Positions 39,760 to 52,320 of a stretch of 64,000 nucleotides of DNA are shown here, one piece after another. Origin of the DNA: Lama guanicoe (Eukaryota); the NCBI GenBank assembly GCA_013239625.1, contig MU053754.1, forward strand, positions 431,379-495,378, given 5' to 3'. Below the pieces are notes generated by a model. The model did not search any database. It was not told the origin of the DNA and saw only the letters and a program-made list of their open reading frames with translations. The translations under genes were made by a program, and so were the position numbers. Each line of letters begins with the position of its first letter. The stretch's first letter is position 1.

Positions 39760-40997
39760 GGCAAAGAAGTCAGGGGAAATAGCCAATACATAAGTGAGCA
39801 TTGAAATAAAGATACTTCTTGACCAAGACAGTGTAGTGTTGGCAAAAGGACAGACAAATGGATGAAATGGAACAGAGAGCTGAAAGCAGACCCTCACAAA
39901 CGTAGTCAGGTGGTCCTTGACAAAGGAGTCAGGGAAGTGCAGTGGGGAAGAGAGAGTCTTTCCAGCAAATGATGTGAGAACAACTAACTGGATGCCCACA
40001 TGTTAAAAAAGTGAATCTAGACACAGACCTCACTCCTTTTAAAAAGTCAAGTCAAGTCATAAACCTAAATGTAAAATGCAAAAACAGAAGCTTCCTGGAT
40101 GGTAACAGAGGAGAAAGTCGAAATGACTTGGAATTTGGTGATAACATGGTAAAGACAGCACCAGGGTACAAAAGAAAGAATTGATAAGATGGGCTTCATT
40201 GAAATTAAAACTTCTGCTCTGCAAAAGACTCTCTCAAGAGAATGAGAAGACAAGCCACAGGGTGGAAGAAAATTTTTGTAAGATATTATTTGGCAAAGGA
40301 CTGTTATCAATAGTATACAAAAAACTTTTAAAACTCAACAGTAAGAAAACAAACAGCCTGATTTAAAAATGGGCAAAATATCTGAACAGACACCTCACCA
40401 AAGAGTGCATACAAATGGCAAATAATCGTATGAAAAGAGCGTTCTCCATCACGTCATTAGGCTATTGCAAAGTAAAACAAAGAGACGGCACTACACAACT
40501 GTTAAAGCCAAAACAGTGATCACACCAAGTACAGGCGAGGGCGCGGAGCAATGGGAACTCCCCTCCATGGCTGGTGGGGATGCAGAGCAGTAGGTACAGA
40601 CATTTTGGAAGACAGTTGGATGGTTTCTTACAAAACTAAACATCCTGCCACCATATGAACCAGAAAGTGTGCCCCTCAGTATTTACCCCGAGGAGGTGAA
40701 ATCTTACATCCATACAAGAAACTGCAGCACGTGGGTGCCTGCAGCAGCTTTATTCACAACTGCCCAAACGGGAAGCAACCAAGGTGTCCTTCAGTAGGGG
40801 ATGGAGGAGTAAACTGTGGGCTGTCCAGACAACGGAATGTCACTCAGCAGTAGAAGGAGATGAGCCATCAAGCCATGAAAAGACATGGAGGAAGCTGAAA
40901 TGCACATTACCAAGTGAAAGGGACCAACACTGACAGGCTGCACGCTGCATGACTGCAATCCGAGGATACTCCAGAAAAGGCAAAACTATGGAGACGT
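39760..40997 (+). mobile_element. Old L1 (L1MB-like) ORF2 3' part, degraded
   Basis: caagacagtgtagtgttggc...atggatgaaatggaacaga...aaaatgggcaaaatatctgaacagacacctcacca...aagccatgaaaagacatggagg...aaaaggcaaaactatggagac. Confidence 0.9.
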
Positions 40998-41006
40998 CTG
41001 AAACAC

Positions 41007-41069
41007 AGAGGGTACGGCTCAGCGGGAGAGCACCTGCTCAGCATGCATGAGGTCCTGGGTTCAGTCCTG
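41007..41069 (+). mobile_element. Vic-1-like SINE, 3'-truncated
   Basis: agagggtacggctcagcgggagagcacctgctcagcatgcatgaggtcctgggttcagtcc; no tail. Confidence 0.75.
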
Positions 41070-42540
41070 TTATTTAGGCATTAATTAACTCAAAAGCTGT
41101 GGAATCTATTTTAAAAAGATATTTCAGTTCAGTGTTTTGAAGAAAATGCCTGCAGCTAATATAAAAGGGTGTAGGTAGAGGGGGTGAAAAGGGCTAATTT
41201 CCCATCATTTGCCGCTGCTGTTGTGGTGAGGGTAGTGTCATTACCATACTGTTATCAAACTCTGTGTGTGTGGGTGTGTGTTTAGGTCAAAGAATATTTT
41301 CAGAATCATATCTTTAAAAACTTAGCTTAACATCCTTTATCACCTAACATATAATCCTTTTGGTGAACGAAGGTGCATGCATACACTTGCAAAAACAGAA
41401 ACAGCCTTGTCTGCCCCTGGGACTCACCATTTAATTTGTATCTATTAACAAACATTATTGATCACAGTGTACATATTCTCTACATTTTATTTCTGTTGAC
41501 TTATTCTGTGAAAGTCTAGGAAATGAAAACAGTTATCTTTGCATTTCAAAATACATTTTGTTAAGTACGTTTCAAATGTATTTGGATGTTCTCATTCACC
41601 TCATAAATATTCATGACTGTGATACCTCCATTGACATTTAATCCTAATTGATGGGTGCTTTCAAATTTTGTCCTTGACATATTTTAGTATCACATGTTTG
41701 AGCAAATCAAACTGTGTTCCGTCTAAGAGCCCTTGTTTTTCAAAGCTTCTTTCTGTGCAGATGAAGTGGGTAAAGAATTGGAACATTCACTTTTTATGCA
41801 GTTCAAAAAAGATTTTGAAAAAAAGATAAAACTAGACAGAATTACTTAAAATAAATTTCAGATTCATTTTCAGAGAAAAATGAATAAAGAGAGGAAATAC
41901 TACGAATAACCTTTCCTAGGGTGATTAAAATAAGTGAAACATCAACCAAAACACTAAGTGCAGAAACCACTCCATGTGCACTCATGTTGACAGTAAATGA
42001 ATGGCAGAGTCCAGCTCAAATTTAAAAACAAACAAAAAAAAGAACTAATGAGTAAAAAACATTGGTATACACATTTCTTGCTTAAGAATACTGATGCTCA
42101 ATTTTTATTCAAAATGGTCTCAAGTGTCTGATAAAACCGTGGTTCCTGCTGTACTATCTGATATAATTCAACCTGAGAGATCGTTATACCATGACAGGTC
42201 TTGTTTTATCACGTTCATATATTTCACTTAGTATATTGGTAAATGTTAATATTTACACTCTTAGACGTTTAAAAATAAATGCATGTGAGTTTAGTGTTCT
42301 CAAGTCTAGGATGTGTGCAAAAGGCACATAGATTCCGTTTCGCAGCCATTTTATTGGAAATAAAGGTGAAAATTACATACACATGGACAAGAGCAGTTTT
42401 GAAACAGATTCATGAGATTTTAGGAGTCAATTCTAAATTTTATCCCTTAAACGTCAGTCACATAAACTTTATAGACTTCTGTTTCAAATTTGTGAAATAA
42501 ACGGAATCAGATGGTTGCTTCTGTAAATTCACTTGCTTAC

Positions 42541-42795
42541 AATTTAAACACTTTGCCTAACAGCCAGTAGACCTTCTGTGTCTCAAGAGTCGGTAAACGT
42601 CTGTCCTCAAAGCAACAGAGCGATGGTGAAGATGGTCCAGTGATGGGAAGGGGTCACCCTCTGGGCATGCAGCTCTCCTGGAACTTGGCTTTCCAGCTCA
42701 TCATGATGAACTCGGAGTGTCCATTTTTTAAAAGGTAAAATCGTTTGAGTGTTGCTCATTGTTTGTTGTCGCTGTTGGCGCATATCCATGCCAGG
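42541..42795 (-). other. Candidate internal exon of an unidentified minus-strand transcript; contains a 60-aa ORF (42607-42789)
   Basis: Minus-strand acceptor tcttactgtatttccatctaag|CCTGGCATGG and donor ATT|gtaagc. All three frames contain stops. The ATG has a strong Kozak context. Confidence 0.4.
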
Positions 42796-44135
42796 CTTAG
42801 ATGGAAATACAGTAAGAGCTTAATTATTTTGCTTCCTATTTTATTATTTTCGTTTAGTTTGTAGTAGTAATGGAATGAAGCACATGTCTGAATTTAGCAG
42901 AGAGACTCCCAATAATGACTTCCTTTAGGCACCATTGAATTCTCTCATTTAATCAATACTTTCATTATTTTATGTAGGGCTTGGTAAAGCCCCCTATTCT
43001 TGGTGTGCTTGTGTATCTCCAGGCTTCTTGTTTTAAAACATTAGTTCCTGTCAAAACTATTTACATAATTTTAGAATATTGTAAAGCTCCATGTTTATTT
43101 CCTGTTAGCATACTGTCTTGACAATGTTATGGAATATCATTATTTAGATCTGAAATCTTGACAAATGACCACAACAACTCTATTGATTCATTCCATCCCA
43201 TTATAGGAACAGACGTGATTGGTAGCAGTGATGCTGAGCTTGTAAACCGTTCTCTCTTGAGCACATGTGAGCCCTGGTTTTGCCTCTGTTTCAGCACCTG
43301 GCGTCGGATATGATGCAGTTCCGTATAACTGCCCGAGGCCACAGCAAAGCGAAAGTCATGGAGGTATCCAGGGACATCTTCCTCAATATTCCTTGCTCAC
43401 ACCCACTGAGATGTCATGGAAGGAGATTCACAGAGACTGTGGAATCACCACTGGTGAAATGTAAGAAATTTTTAAGAGGGAACCTGTGCTTTTTAGTTTC
43501 TCTGACTTAGCAAGAAAGTTTTCACCTAAGAAACGATGACCCTCCCTTTTCTCCTTGAAATGTTCCTTATGTTTCTATGGAGTGAGTTTAACTAGTTCAC
43601 AGACAGTTCTGTTTCCCTCCTGAAGTAACAGATGGAGGTATTTCCTTCTTGTGTAAGTTTGTAGCGAGTCTCTCTGTGACAGGTCCTCCTACCTCTTATC
43701 TAGGCATACATCTTTTAAAAAACAAAGGCGTCAGAGTTCTGCAAACTCAACCCCACCTTCTGTTACAAATCATCTTATACTTAGAGGAATTTGAAACCTA
43801 TTTTTCAGTTCAGTTCTTCTGTCCTTATGTGAAGGTGACTTCAGGAGTGAGGTCTGTGTGCTGTAGAGAAACAGCTGATTGGCATTTTGGTCCACAAGCA
43901 TCCTAATGGCATTTTTAATTGAAAAGTCTACAGAGGCACTGATCCATATTTTAGGATGAGCGGAAAAGGAAGCCATGTCTGCCTGGGTTGGTGTCCCTGC
44001 TTTGAAGAAGAACCTGCAAACATTATTTTACAGGCCAGGGAACCAGTTTGTTGCGCTGCCAACTTCTCTCATGTTTTTCATCCTCGTAACAGCTTCAGAG
44101 TAAGTCCTATGTTCATCTGATAGATGAATGCATTT

Positions 44136-44312
44136 AGCTTTGGGTTTTTTTTTTTTAATTGGTAAAACATTTTTATTGTTTTAATTAATCTTTTTAGGAG
44201 GAGGGGTAATTAGGTTTATTCATCTGTTTGTTGGATGGAGGTGCTGGGGATTGAACCCAGCACCTTGTGCATGCTAGGCGTGCGCTCTACCGCTGAGTTA
44301 GACCCTCCGTCT
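44136..44312 (-). mobile_element. Vic-1-like SINE with an extended 3' tail, inserted in a MIR remnant
   Basis: Reverse complement reads ggagggtctaactcagcggtagagcgcacgcctagcatgcacaaggtgctgggttcaatcccc. TSD agatgaatgcattt (44122-44135) / agatgaatacattt (44315-44328). Confidence 0.85.
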
Positions 44313-45491
44313 CAAGATGAATACATTTTTGTTCAGGAGATGACTTAGAGTGAAGCAGAAGCTAAGAGAGGATTAGAATTTGAGTCTGTCTGTCTATGAA
44401 GTCCGGGCTGTTGCTTCTGTCTTCTCTTTTATTTTCTGTCAGAGAATAAATATGGTTAACTAGGCAACTCACGTCACTGGACAGTTTGCAGGGGTTTGCA
44501 GACAAACCAGTGAACCCTCTCTGTTTGTCCAGGAAGGCTAGAGAGGACGGAGTTAAACAGATAAAAATAGCAGAGTCATTTGAGAAATCCAGATTTAAAA
44601 GAGGAGTAAACGCACCAGGCAAGATGATGTTTGATTACGGCACATAATGGATTCCTGAAACGCTTAAATGTAATTAAAGATATAAAAAGGAGACAGGGAA
44701 ACATAAAAAGTCACAAATATGCAGTTCTGTAATTAGTTGCTTTTTTGAGACATAGCACTAGTTTCAGACTCTTGTCCATTAAAAAAAGAAAAAAAAATCA
44801 AAAGAGGAGAGGCAGCTTTGGAAGACAAAGATGAAGTGAACGTGGAGCCGTAGGCAGGTGGTGGTGACTGCGGAGCCTGGGGAGAGGGGCGGAGGGCAGA
44901 GAAGTGCCGGGGTGGGGGGGCTTGCAGAAGACCCTCTGAATGACAGAAGTGTTGCCAGGAGCGCTGGGTAAACATCACAATTTTACTGTCATTTTAATAA
45001 AACTGAATACAGTTCAACTGCAGACGCTGTCCTGGAGATGCAGTATATTTAACTCTATTTTGCAGCGAGCAGTGACTCCAGAACTTATGTGTGGCAGTAC
45101 CGGCAAGAAAGCAACGTATCTCTTGCTGTGCCTGTGCTGGTAATGTGCTCATCGGACGGGACAAACGCGCCTGCGGTTCACTGAGAGTCCAGTTATACTG
45201 GGTTCAAGATGCCGACGCAGCAGGGCGCCTGGAACCTTCCAAGACTTTCTCCCGCTTTCAGAAGTCACACATAGAGTCACAGAAGCATTTCTGAAAACGA
45301 GTGCTTTGGCGTTGGTCAGTCTCATGATGCGGGTGGTCACCACTGTGAGGTTTTGAAAGTCACACCCCTTCCTCAAGGAGGCATTTCATGGAAAGACACT
45401 GGATCATTCTATTCGGTAAGGGAGAAAAAAATCTTAAAGGTACGCTCCTTTTGAGGGAAAAGAATGTAATTTTTAATTTAAAGACACTGTT

Positions 45492-45605
45492 GGGGGGGGA
45501 GGGTACAGCTCAGTGGTAAAGCGCGTGCTTAGCGTGCACGAGGCCCTGGGTTCAATCCCCAGTCTCTCCTCTAAAAATAAATACCTCCCCTCGCAAAATA
45601 AGGAA
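45492..45605 (+). mobile_element. Vic-1-like SINE
   Basis: ggggagggtacagctcagtggtaaagcgcgtgcttagcgtgcacgaggccctgggttcaatcccc with intact A and B boxes. Probable TSD agacactgt / ggacactat. Confidence 0.9.
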
Positions 45606-46189
45606 AGAGGACACTATCAGAATCCCAAAGCAGTGACAGCGTTGTCTGTCAGCGTAGTGTTGGGGACATGACACTGTTTCTTATAATTCTGCTCTTGGGG
45701 AGATTTCTTTTTATTTTCTTTTCTTTCTAAATCCTTTGGAAATCTTCCTAAACTCACTTCCCAGAAAATAGAAGTCCCCTGAGAACAGGGACCCAGTCCA
45801 ACCTGCTTAGCGTACTCAGAGCTTATCGGCTTTAATAAATAGTTGTTGGATCAATGAATAGAAATATCATCAAAATAAATCTGCTTATGCTTTATTTGAG
45901 TGGATAAAAGATGATGTGATTTCATCGATTATGTGTTTAAACCTACGTGAGTTACTAAGCTTTGTATTATACGGAATTTTCTTGACCTTGAAGTAGTGCA
46001 TGTCACAAAACATAGAAACTTTTCACTTTTGTCCGGTCGTCTCTCTCCTATCTGGATTAAAAATTCAACAAGTAACCACTGTGTGCAAGAGAAACACGTG
46101 AGAAGCCTGTGAGATATCCTGATTGCTTGGTAATTTATAAACTGGGGAAAACGCTACAGCATCAAGACAGATTGTCGATTGAAAAGGAA

Positions 46190-47050
46190 AAGGCACTGCG
46201 CATATCTAAACTGCTTGTTGGGCTCTGCTTGCTTTTCAGTGGCATGTGCTCGGGAGTGAAGTGACGTGTTCCCCCTTGCGGGAGGAAATTGACGGTGAGC
46301 CGGCTCCGGGCTCCGAGAGGACATGGAGTGAGGAGAGCAGCTGCGGGGCGGGCTGCCCGGCGCCGCCGGGGCGTCCAGCGTGGAGGCAAGGCCGGGGCGC
46401 TGCGGTCGCTGAAGCCGGGACCCCGGGCGCGGGGGGGCCAGGGTGCTGACGTCCGGGGCCGGAAGCAGACGTCCCGGCGGCGCCTGGAAGCCAGCGTGTT
46501 TCTGCCCGAGACCGTGGCGTCAGGGCTGGAGAGAGCAGGCAGCTCGCGGAAGCCTCAGGCGGCGGGCAGCTGTGGTTGGGGGTTCCGGCAGCGCAAAAAG
46601 CCGCGGCGCTGGGGAGCCGGGTAGGAATTCGGCCTCCCGGGGTGCTGGCGCTTACCCCTGCTGGCGGACTGGGGGCTCGGGGCGGCGAGGGGCTGCGGAG
46701 AGCCGTCGTGGGGGCCGGCGGGCCGTAAAGAACTTACCAAGCCCAAGGATGAAAGTACGAAGGGGCTTACTGGGTGGCGCTGCCAGAGACGACAGCAGGC
46801 CACACGGAGGGGTGCCCGCGGGAGCCCCGAGGGCGGGCTGCTGAGGCCCGTGAGGAGGAGAGTTACAGCAGGGCCCGCGGGGCCGCACGGCGCGTGATGC
46901 GCTTGTGCGCAAGGGCCTGACCGGCTGACGTTGAGACGGTGGGGAAGGGAGGGGTCGTGAGGGGGTGGGGCTGCGCCCGGTGCTGGGGGCCGGGCCTCCC
47001 AGCCTTGCGCGCTTGGTCGTTACCAGGGTGGTCCGCTCACCTCAGGCAGC
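46190..47050. promoter_or_regulatory. CpG island, probable promoter
   Basis: About 850 bp, very GC- and CpG-dense and not a recognisable repeat. Contains CRE-like TGACGT (46262, 46447, 46926), ETS CCGGAAG (46459), GC boxes and NRF1-like GCGC elements (46890-46910). Confidence 0.8.
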
Positions 47051-49884
47051 TATGTGTCACCAAGGGAATGCTCTTTGTTACCTGTGACGTGCAGCACCTG
47101 GGCGCCGCAGGGGCCTTGGAGCAGGGCTCTGGCGGATGTTTGTGGGCCTCACAGTAGTGGGTTCTCCGGGGTCTAGCTGGGGTAGATGCTTGCTTTCCCT
47201 GGACTCCACCAGGTGCCCAGGAGGCGTGCTCTGGGCTCCCTCCCTTCCGTCTCACTGTGGGGTCAGAGACAACACGCACTGTCTGCTGCTGTTGGGGGAC
47301 CAAAGGGTAAGCTGGTCCTGTTGTGTGGGAGGAGGGAGAGACGGAGGGACGGAAGACTATGATGGCAGGACACAGCACACCTTGTATGAAAGTCTTAGTT
47401 CGTTCAGGGACTTCATGCTCGAGTTAAAAGTGCAGATTACCCAGCTGCAAAACCAAAGTGTGTGCAAAGTCATTTCCTGTAATTGTTTTCTGGATTCCAC
47501 AGCGTTGCGTGCCTGAAGAGCCCTCCCCGGAGTTTTCCAGACAGGATTCCCCGGAACAGAAGCGTGCCTCACCTGCGAGCTGCCAGGGCTCTGTTCCCGG
47601 AGCAGACGAAACGTGATGCACTCACGGAACGCCGTTTAGTAAGACTTACTTCCAGTCGGAGCGCAGTGGGGCCTTTCTACAAACGTGAGTTGCTAGCAGC
47701 CGTTTGGGCTGTGACCGTGTTCAGATGCACTCTGTGGAGAGCAGCTCTCCTGAGAGCACCCCCTCAGCACGGGGCTTCCTGCCGCCGTACCTCACTGCTG
47801 AACAGCCCAGCGGGGACCTTCCTCTGGCTCTGTGTGCTCAGTTCTCACCCTTTCATTTTTCCTCCCTTAAATCCTGCTTCCTCCTCCCAGGGCTTTCCTG
47901 AAACGGCTCCCTGGGGTCACAGATGAGTTCCAGCCCTCTTGGACCTCTTCGGTCTCTGTTTGGCCTCTCTGAGGAGCTGGCTATCGCTCCGTTCCCTGCA
48001 CACTGGGATCACACAAGCTGAAGTGACTTTCCTCCTCTTTTGTTATGTCGATGGTACCCCTGATCTCCAGGATCCTTGAGCCCCGGCTCTGTGACTCTGC
48101 CCCAGCAGCTGCAGGTTCCTGACAGCTCCCACCAGGAGCTACCTGGCTGCCTTCCCTCCCGGTTTCCCGCTGGGCCTTAATGGTTTCTCCTGAGGACACT
48201 TCACATCCCGTGAATGTGAACCTGTCCCTGGGAGAAGCTGATACACCCCATCTCCTGGTCCTCCATCTCTGCACCCCCTACAGCATCTTTCCGTCTGGTC
48301 CTCTCCTCCTCCTCCTCACTCCCATAGTTCTATCCCTCCAAGGCAGCACATCCCTGTTGAGTCCTCAGAGTCCTCAAACCTATCCTTCCTTGCAGAGCTC
48401 CCAGCTGGGTTAGTTTCAAAGCGGATGCCAACCATCTCCCACAAGTGACCTTGTACAAAAGCAAATCCATCTTGTCTAGACCCATTTCCCAAGGGCGTAT
48501 TTTTGTTGTTCTTGTTAATCATGCCCTTCCTCTGCTCTAGCCAAAAGCAAAGCCTTCTTTGCATGCTGTGGTTTCAGTAGAACTAGGCTGGTTTAGTTCT
48601 GATTTTCACCGGTAGGAGGCCCCACTTTAAAGATGGAAGCATCTCTTATGAGATCTTGGGCGCCCTGTCCCCAGGGCAGGGCAGGGGCTACACTCAGATG
48701 CAAACCCACATTTGTGGTATCAGCCACTCATGTCTGGGCCAAAACAGCTAGAAGGGTCCAATACTCACCTGATTTCTCTGGGTTTAGGCTTTTCCCCAAA
48801 ATGACTCGTCTCGCAGTTCCACAGGGTCGTTGCAGCTCTTTGACGCTCTGAAGAAGTCTTTAAAGGTAACTTTATTCAGGCTTTTGTAACATTCTTTTTG
48901 TTCAGGGTGGGTTGGTTTGAATGACCCAAGTGGCCTTACGAGAAAAGTCGTTCAGTGATTTCTCTCCGTTCTCCACCGTGACTTTACTTCAGAGCATCTA
49001 ACCCTGTCACACACTCACTCATCTCTAAAACTGCTTCCTCACATCTTTTCTCATTCCCACTCCATGATTTCAGATTTACCTTCCTGAAATGTGACAGTGA
49101 CGCCCCCCTCCCTCCACGCTCTGGAATCGGCGTCTCTCCGCTTCCCAGGGAGGCACCACACACTCCTGAGGCCGGCCAGGCCGGGGCAGGTTGGCTTCCA
49201 GGACACACCCTAGTCTTATCTCCCCTGGTCACCACCCTGCACGTAGAAGATGCTTCAGAGAAACAGATGACACGTTAGCATGACCTCCTTCCAGATACCC
49301 CTTACATCCTGTTCCTCCTTCCCGGAGATGTCCTCTCTGGTTCGTAGTCTTCGCTACTTCTTCCCCAGCCAGTGCGTGTTAGTCTTTCCTTAATTTCAAG
49401 GTTTCCCTTTTTAGAAACCCACTCTAGAACATATGAATTAATGCATGCCTTTTTAGCAATGAGGAGAATTTTAAGGCAGTTGGGTGTCACTCTTACCAGG
49501 GCTAATGGGTAATTAACAGGCAAGCAGACCAGGTGCTTACAAATCGGAAGGAGGGGCGTAAGGGGTAAGACAAGCTGAAATAGAAGTAGGCTTTCAGAAC
49601 GGACCTTGTGCAAGGTGTCAGATGCTGAGGGAGAGCAAATCCAGGTTTTAGAACTGCCTTCCCACACCTGTGATGAAGGAGAACGCCCAGACGCAAATAA
49701 GGACTGAGAATGTATTTCAGCACAAAATTAGCATGGGCAGAACTATCCTCCAAGTGAGAACTGCAGGCTGAATTGGTAAAGGAGAGTCTGCACTTGGTTG
49801 TACGTTGTAAGCATCCACACGAGTCTTCTGGGACAGTGGTGGGGACAAGCAGAAAATGCTTAACAAACTCAGTTCTTAAAAGTC

Positions 49885-52320
49885 AGACTAGCATCACCCT
49901 GATACCAAAAGCAGACAAAGCTATCTTATCACACGTATACTAAAAGGCCAAAATACAGAATTCCTCAACAAAATACTAGTGAATTGAATCCCACAGTACA
50001 TTAAAAGGATCATACGTTGTGATCAAAGATTTTTCAATATCTGCACACCACATTAACAAACTGAAGAATAAAAACCATACGATCATCAGAATAGATGGTG
50101 AAAAGGCTTTTGATAAAATTCAACATCCGTTTATGATAGAAACTGTCCAGAAAGTGGGCACAGAGGGAACATACCTCAACATAACAAAGGCCACATGAAA
50201 GCATTCCCTCTAAGATCAGGAGCAAGACCAGGATGCCCACCGTCTCCACTGTTTAACATAGTTGCGGAAATCCTAACCCAAGCAATCAGAGAAGAAAAGG
50301 AATGCAAATGGGAAAAGAAGATATAAACCTGTCACTGCAGATGGTGACATAACGCTATACGTGGAAAACCCTAAAGACGCCACCAGACAACGACTGGAGC
50401 TCATCAGCGAACCTGGTAAAGGTGCAGAATACAAAGGTACCACACAAACCTATTCCATTTCTCTGCACTAACAATGAACTAGCAGAAAGAGAAATTAAGG
50501 AAACAATCCCACTTACCATCACATCAAAAAGAATAAAATACCTAGGAATAAACCTACCTAAGGTGGCAAGAGAGCTGTGCTCTGAAAACTATAAAAAATT
50601 GAAAGAGGACACAAATGGAAAGAATACTGTGTTCTTGGGTTGGAAGAATCAATACTCTTAAAATGACCATACTAACCAAGGCAGCATAGAGAGTCAGTGC
50701 AATCGCTATCATATTACCTATGGCAGTCTTCACAGAACTGGAACAGTATATTTTAAAATTTGTATGGATACACAGAAGACTCCAAGTAACCAAAACACTC
50801 TTGCGAAAGAAGAATGGAGCTGGAGGAATCACTCTCCCTGACTTCACACTACATTACAAAGATAAAGTCATCAAAACAGCATGGTACTGACAAAAAAGCA
50901 GACACACAGATCAATGGAACAGGATAAAAAGTCCAGAAATAAACCCACACACTTATGGTCAATCTGTGACAAAGAAGGCAGGAATATACAATGGAGAAAA
51001 CAGTTTCTTTAATAGTTGGTGCTGGAAAAACTGGACAGCTGCATGTAAATAAATAAAATGAGAACACAGTCTCTAGCATCATATATAAAAATAAACTCAA
51101 AATGGATTGAAGACCTAAATGGAAGAGCAGATACTATAAAACTCCTAGAGGAAATCATAGGCAGAACACTCTTTGACATAAATCGCAGCAATATTTTTTT
51201 AGATCAGTCTCCTAAAGTCACGCAAATAAAAGCAAAAATAAACAAACGAGACCTAATTGAACTTACGCACAGCAAAAAGCTTTTGCACAGCAAAGGAAAC
51301 TATAAACAGAACAAAAAGAGCCTACAGACTGGGAGAAAATGTTTGCAAATAATGTGACCAAAAGGGATTAATTTCCAAAATATATGAACAGCTCTTACAG
51401 GTCAATATGAAAACAAAACCCCAATTAAAAAATGGGCAGAAGACCTAAATAGACATTTCTCCATAGAAGACACACAGGTGACCAACAGGAATAGGAGAAG
51501 ATGCTCAACATCACTAATTAAGGGGGAAATGCAAATCAGAAGCACAATGAGGTATCACTCCATACCAGTCAGAATGGCTGTCAGTAAAAACTCTACAAAT
51601 AATAAATGCTGGAGAAGGTGTGGAGAAAAGGGAGCCCTCCTACACGGTTGGTGGGAATGTAACATTGGTGCAGCCACTATGGAAAACAGTATGGAGGTTC
51701 CATAAAAAACGAAAAATAGACTTATCGTACAACCCAGCAATCCCACTCCTGGGCATATATCCAGAGAAAACTGTAATTTGAAAAGATACATGCACCGCAG
51801 TGTTCATAGCAGCACTATTTACAGTCGCCAAGAGATGGAAGCAATTTAAATGTTCATCAACAGATGACTGGATAAAGGAGATGTGGTGTGTATATGTGTG
51901 TGTGTCTACTAACATAAAAAAGAATGAAATAATGCCATTTGTAGCAACATGGATGGACCTAGAGATTGTCACACTAAGTGTTACATAAATCAGTCATAGG
52001 TAAGAATACATATATGTGGCATCTAAAAAATGATACAAATGAACTTATGTACAAAATAGAAATAGACTCTCAGACATTGGAAATAAATGTATGGTTACCA
52101 AAGGGGAAAGGGTTGAGGGTAAATTAGCATTTGGGGATTAACATATACACATCTAGATATAAAACAGATAAATGACAAGGACCTTTTGTGTTGCACAGAG
52201 AACTATAGCCAATATCTTGTAATACCTCTGATTGAAAAGAATCTTAAGAATCTGAATCAATTTTCTGTACACCTGAAGCCAGCACATTGTAAGTCAAATA
52301 TACTTCAATTAGAAGAAAGG
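49885..52320 (+). mobile_element. 5'-truncated L1: degraded ORF2 (RT to C-terminus) plus 3'UTR
   Basis: Translated fragments include [56 protein letters not shown] and [15 protein letters not shown]. Frameshifts and internal deletions are present. Confidence 0.95.

Noticed and set aside
45492..45570. tRNA-Ala-like gene (A and B boxes); also at 61014, 9260, 20203, 41007 and 44136
   Set aside because: These are diverged dispersed copies, mostly with the shared SINE 3' segment, A-rich tails and TSDs. They are SINEs, not tRNA genes.
46162..46912. Arg/Gly/Ala/Pro-rich ORFs in the CpG island
   Set aside because: Expected from stop-codon scarcity in GC-rich DNA. Most lack ATG starts and none resembles a protein I recognise.
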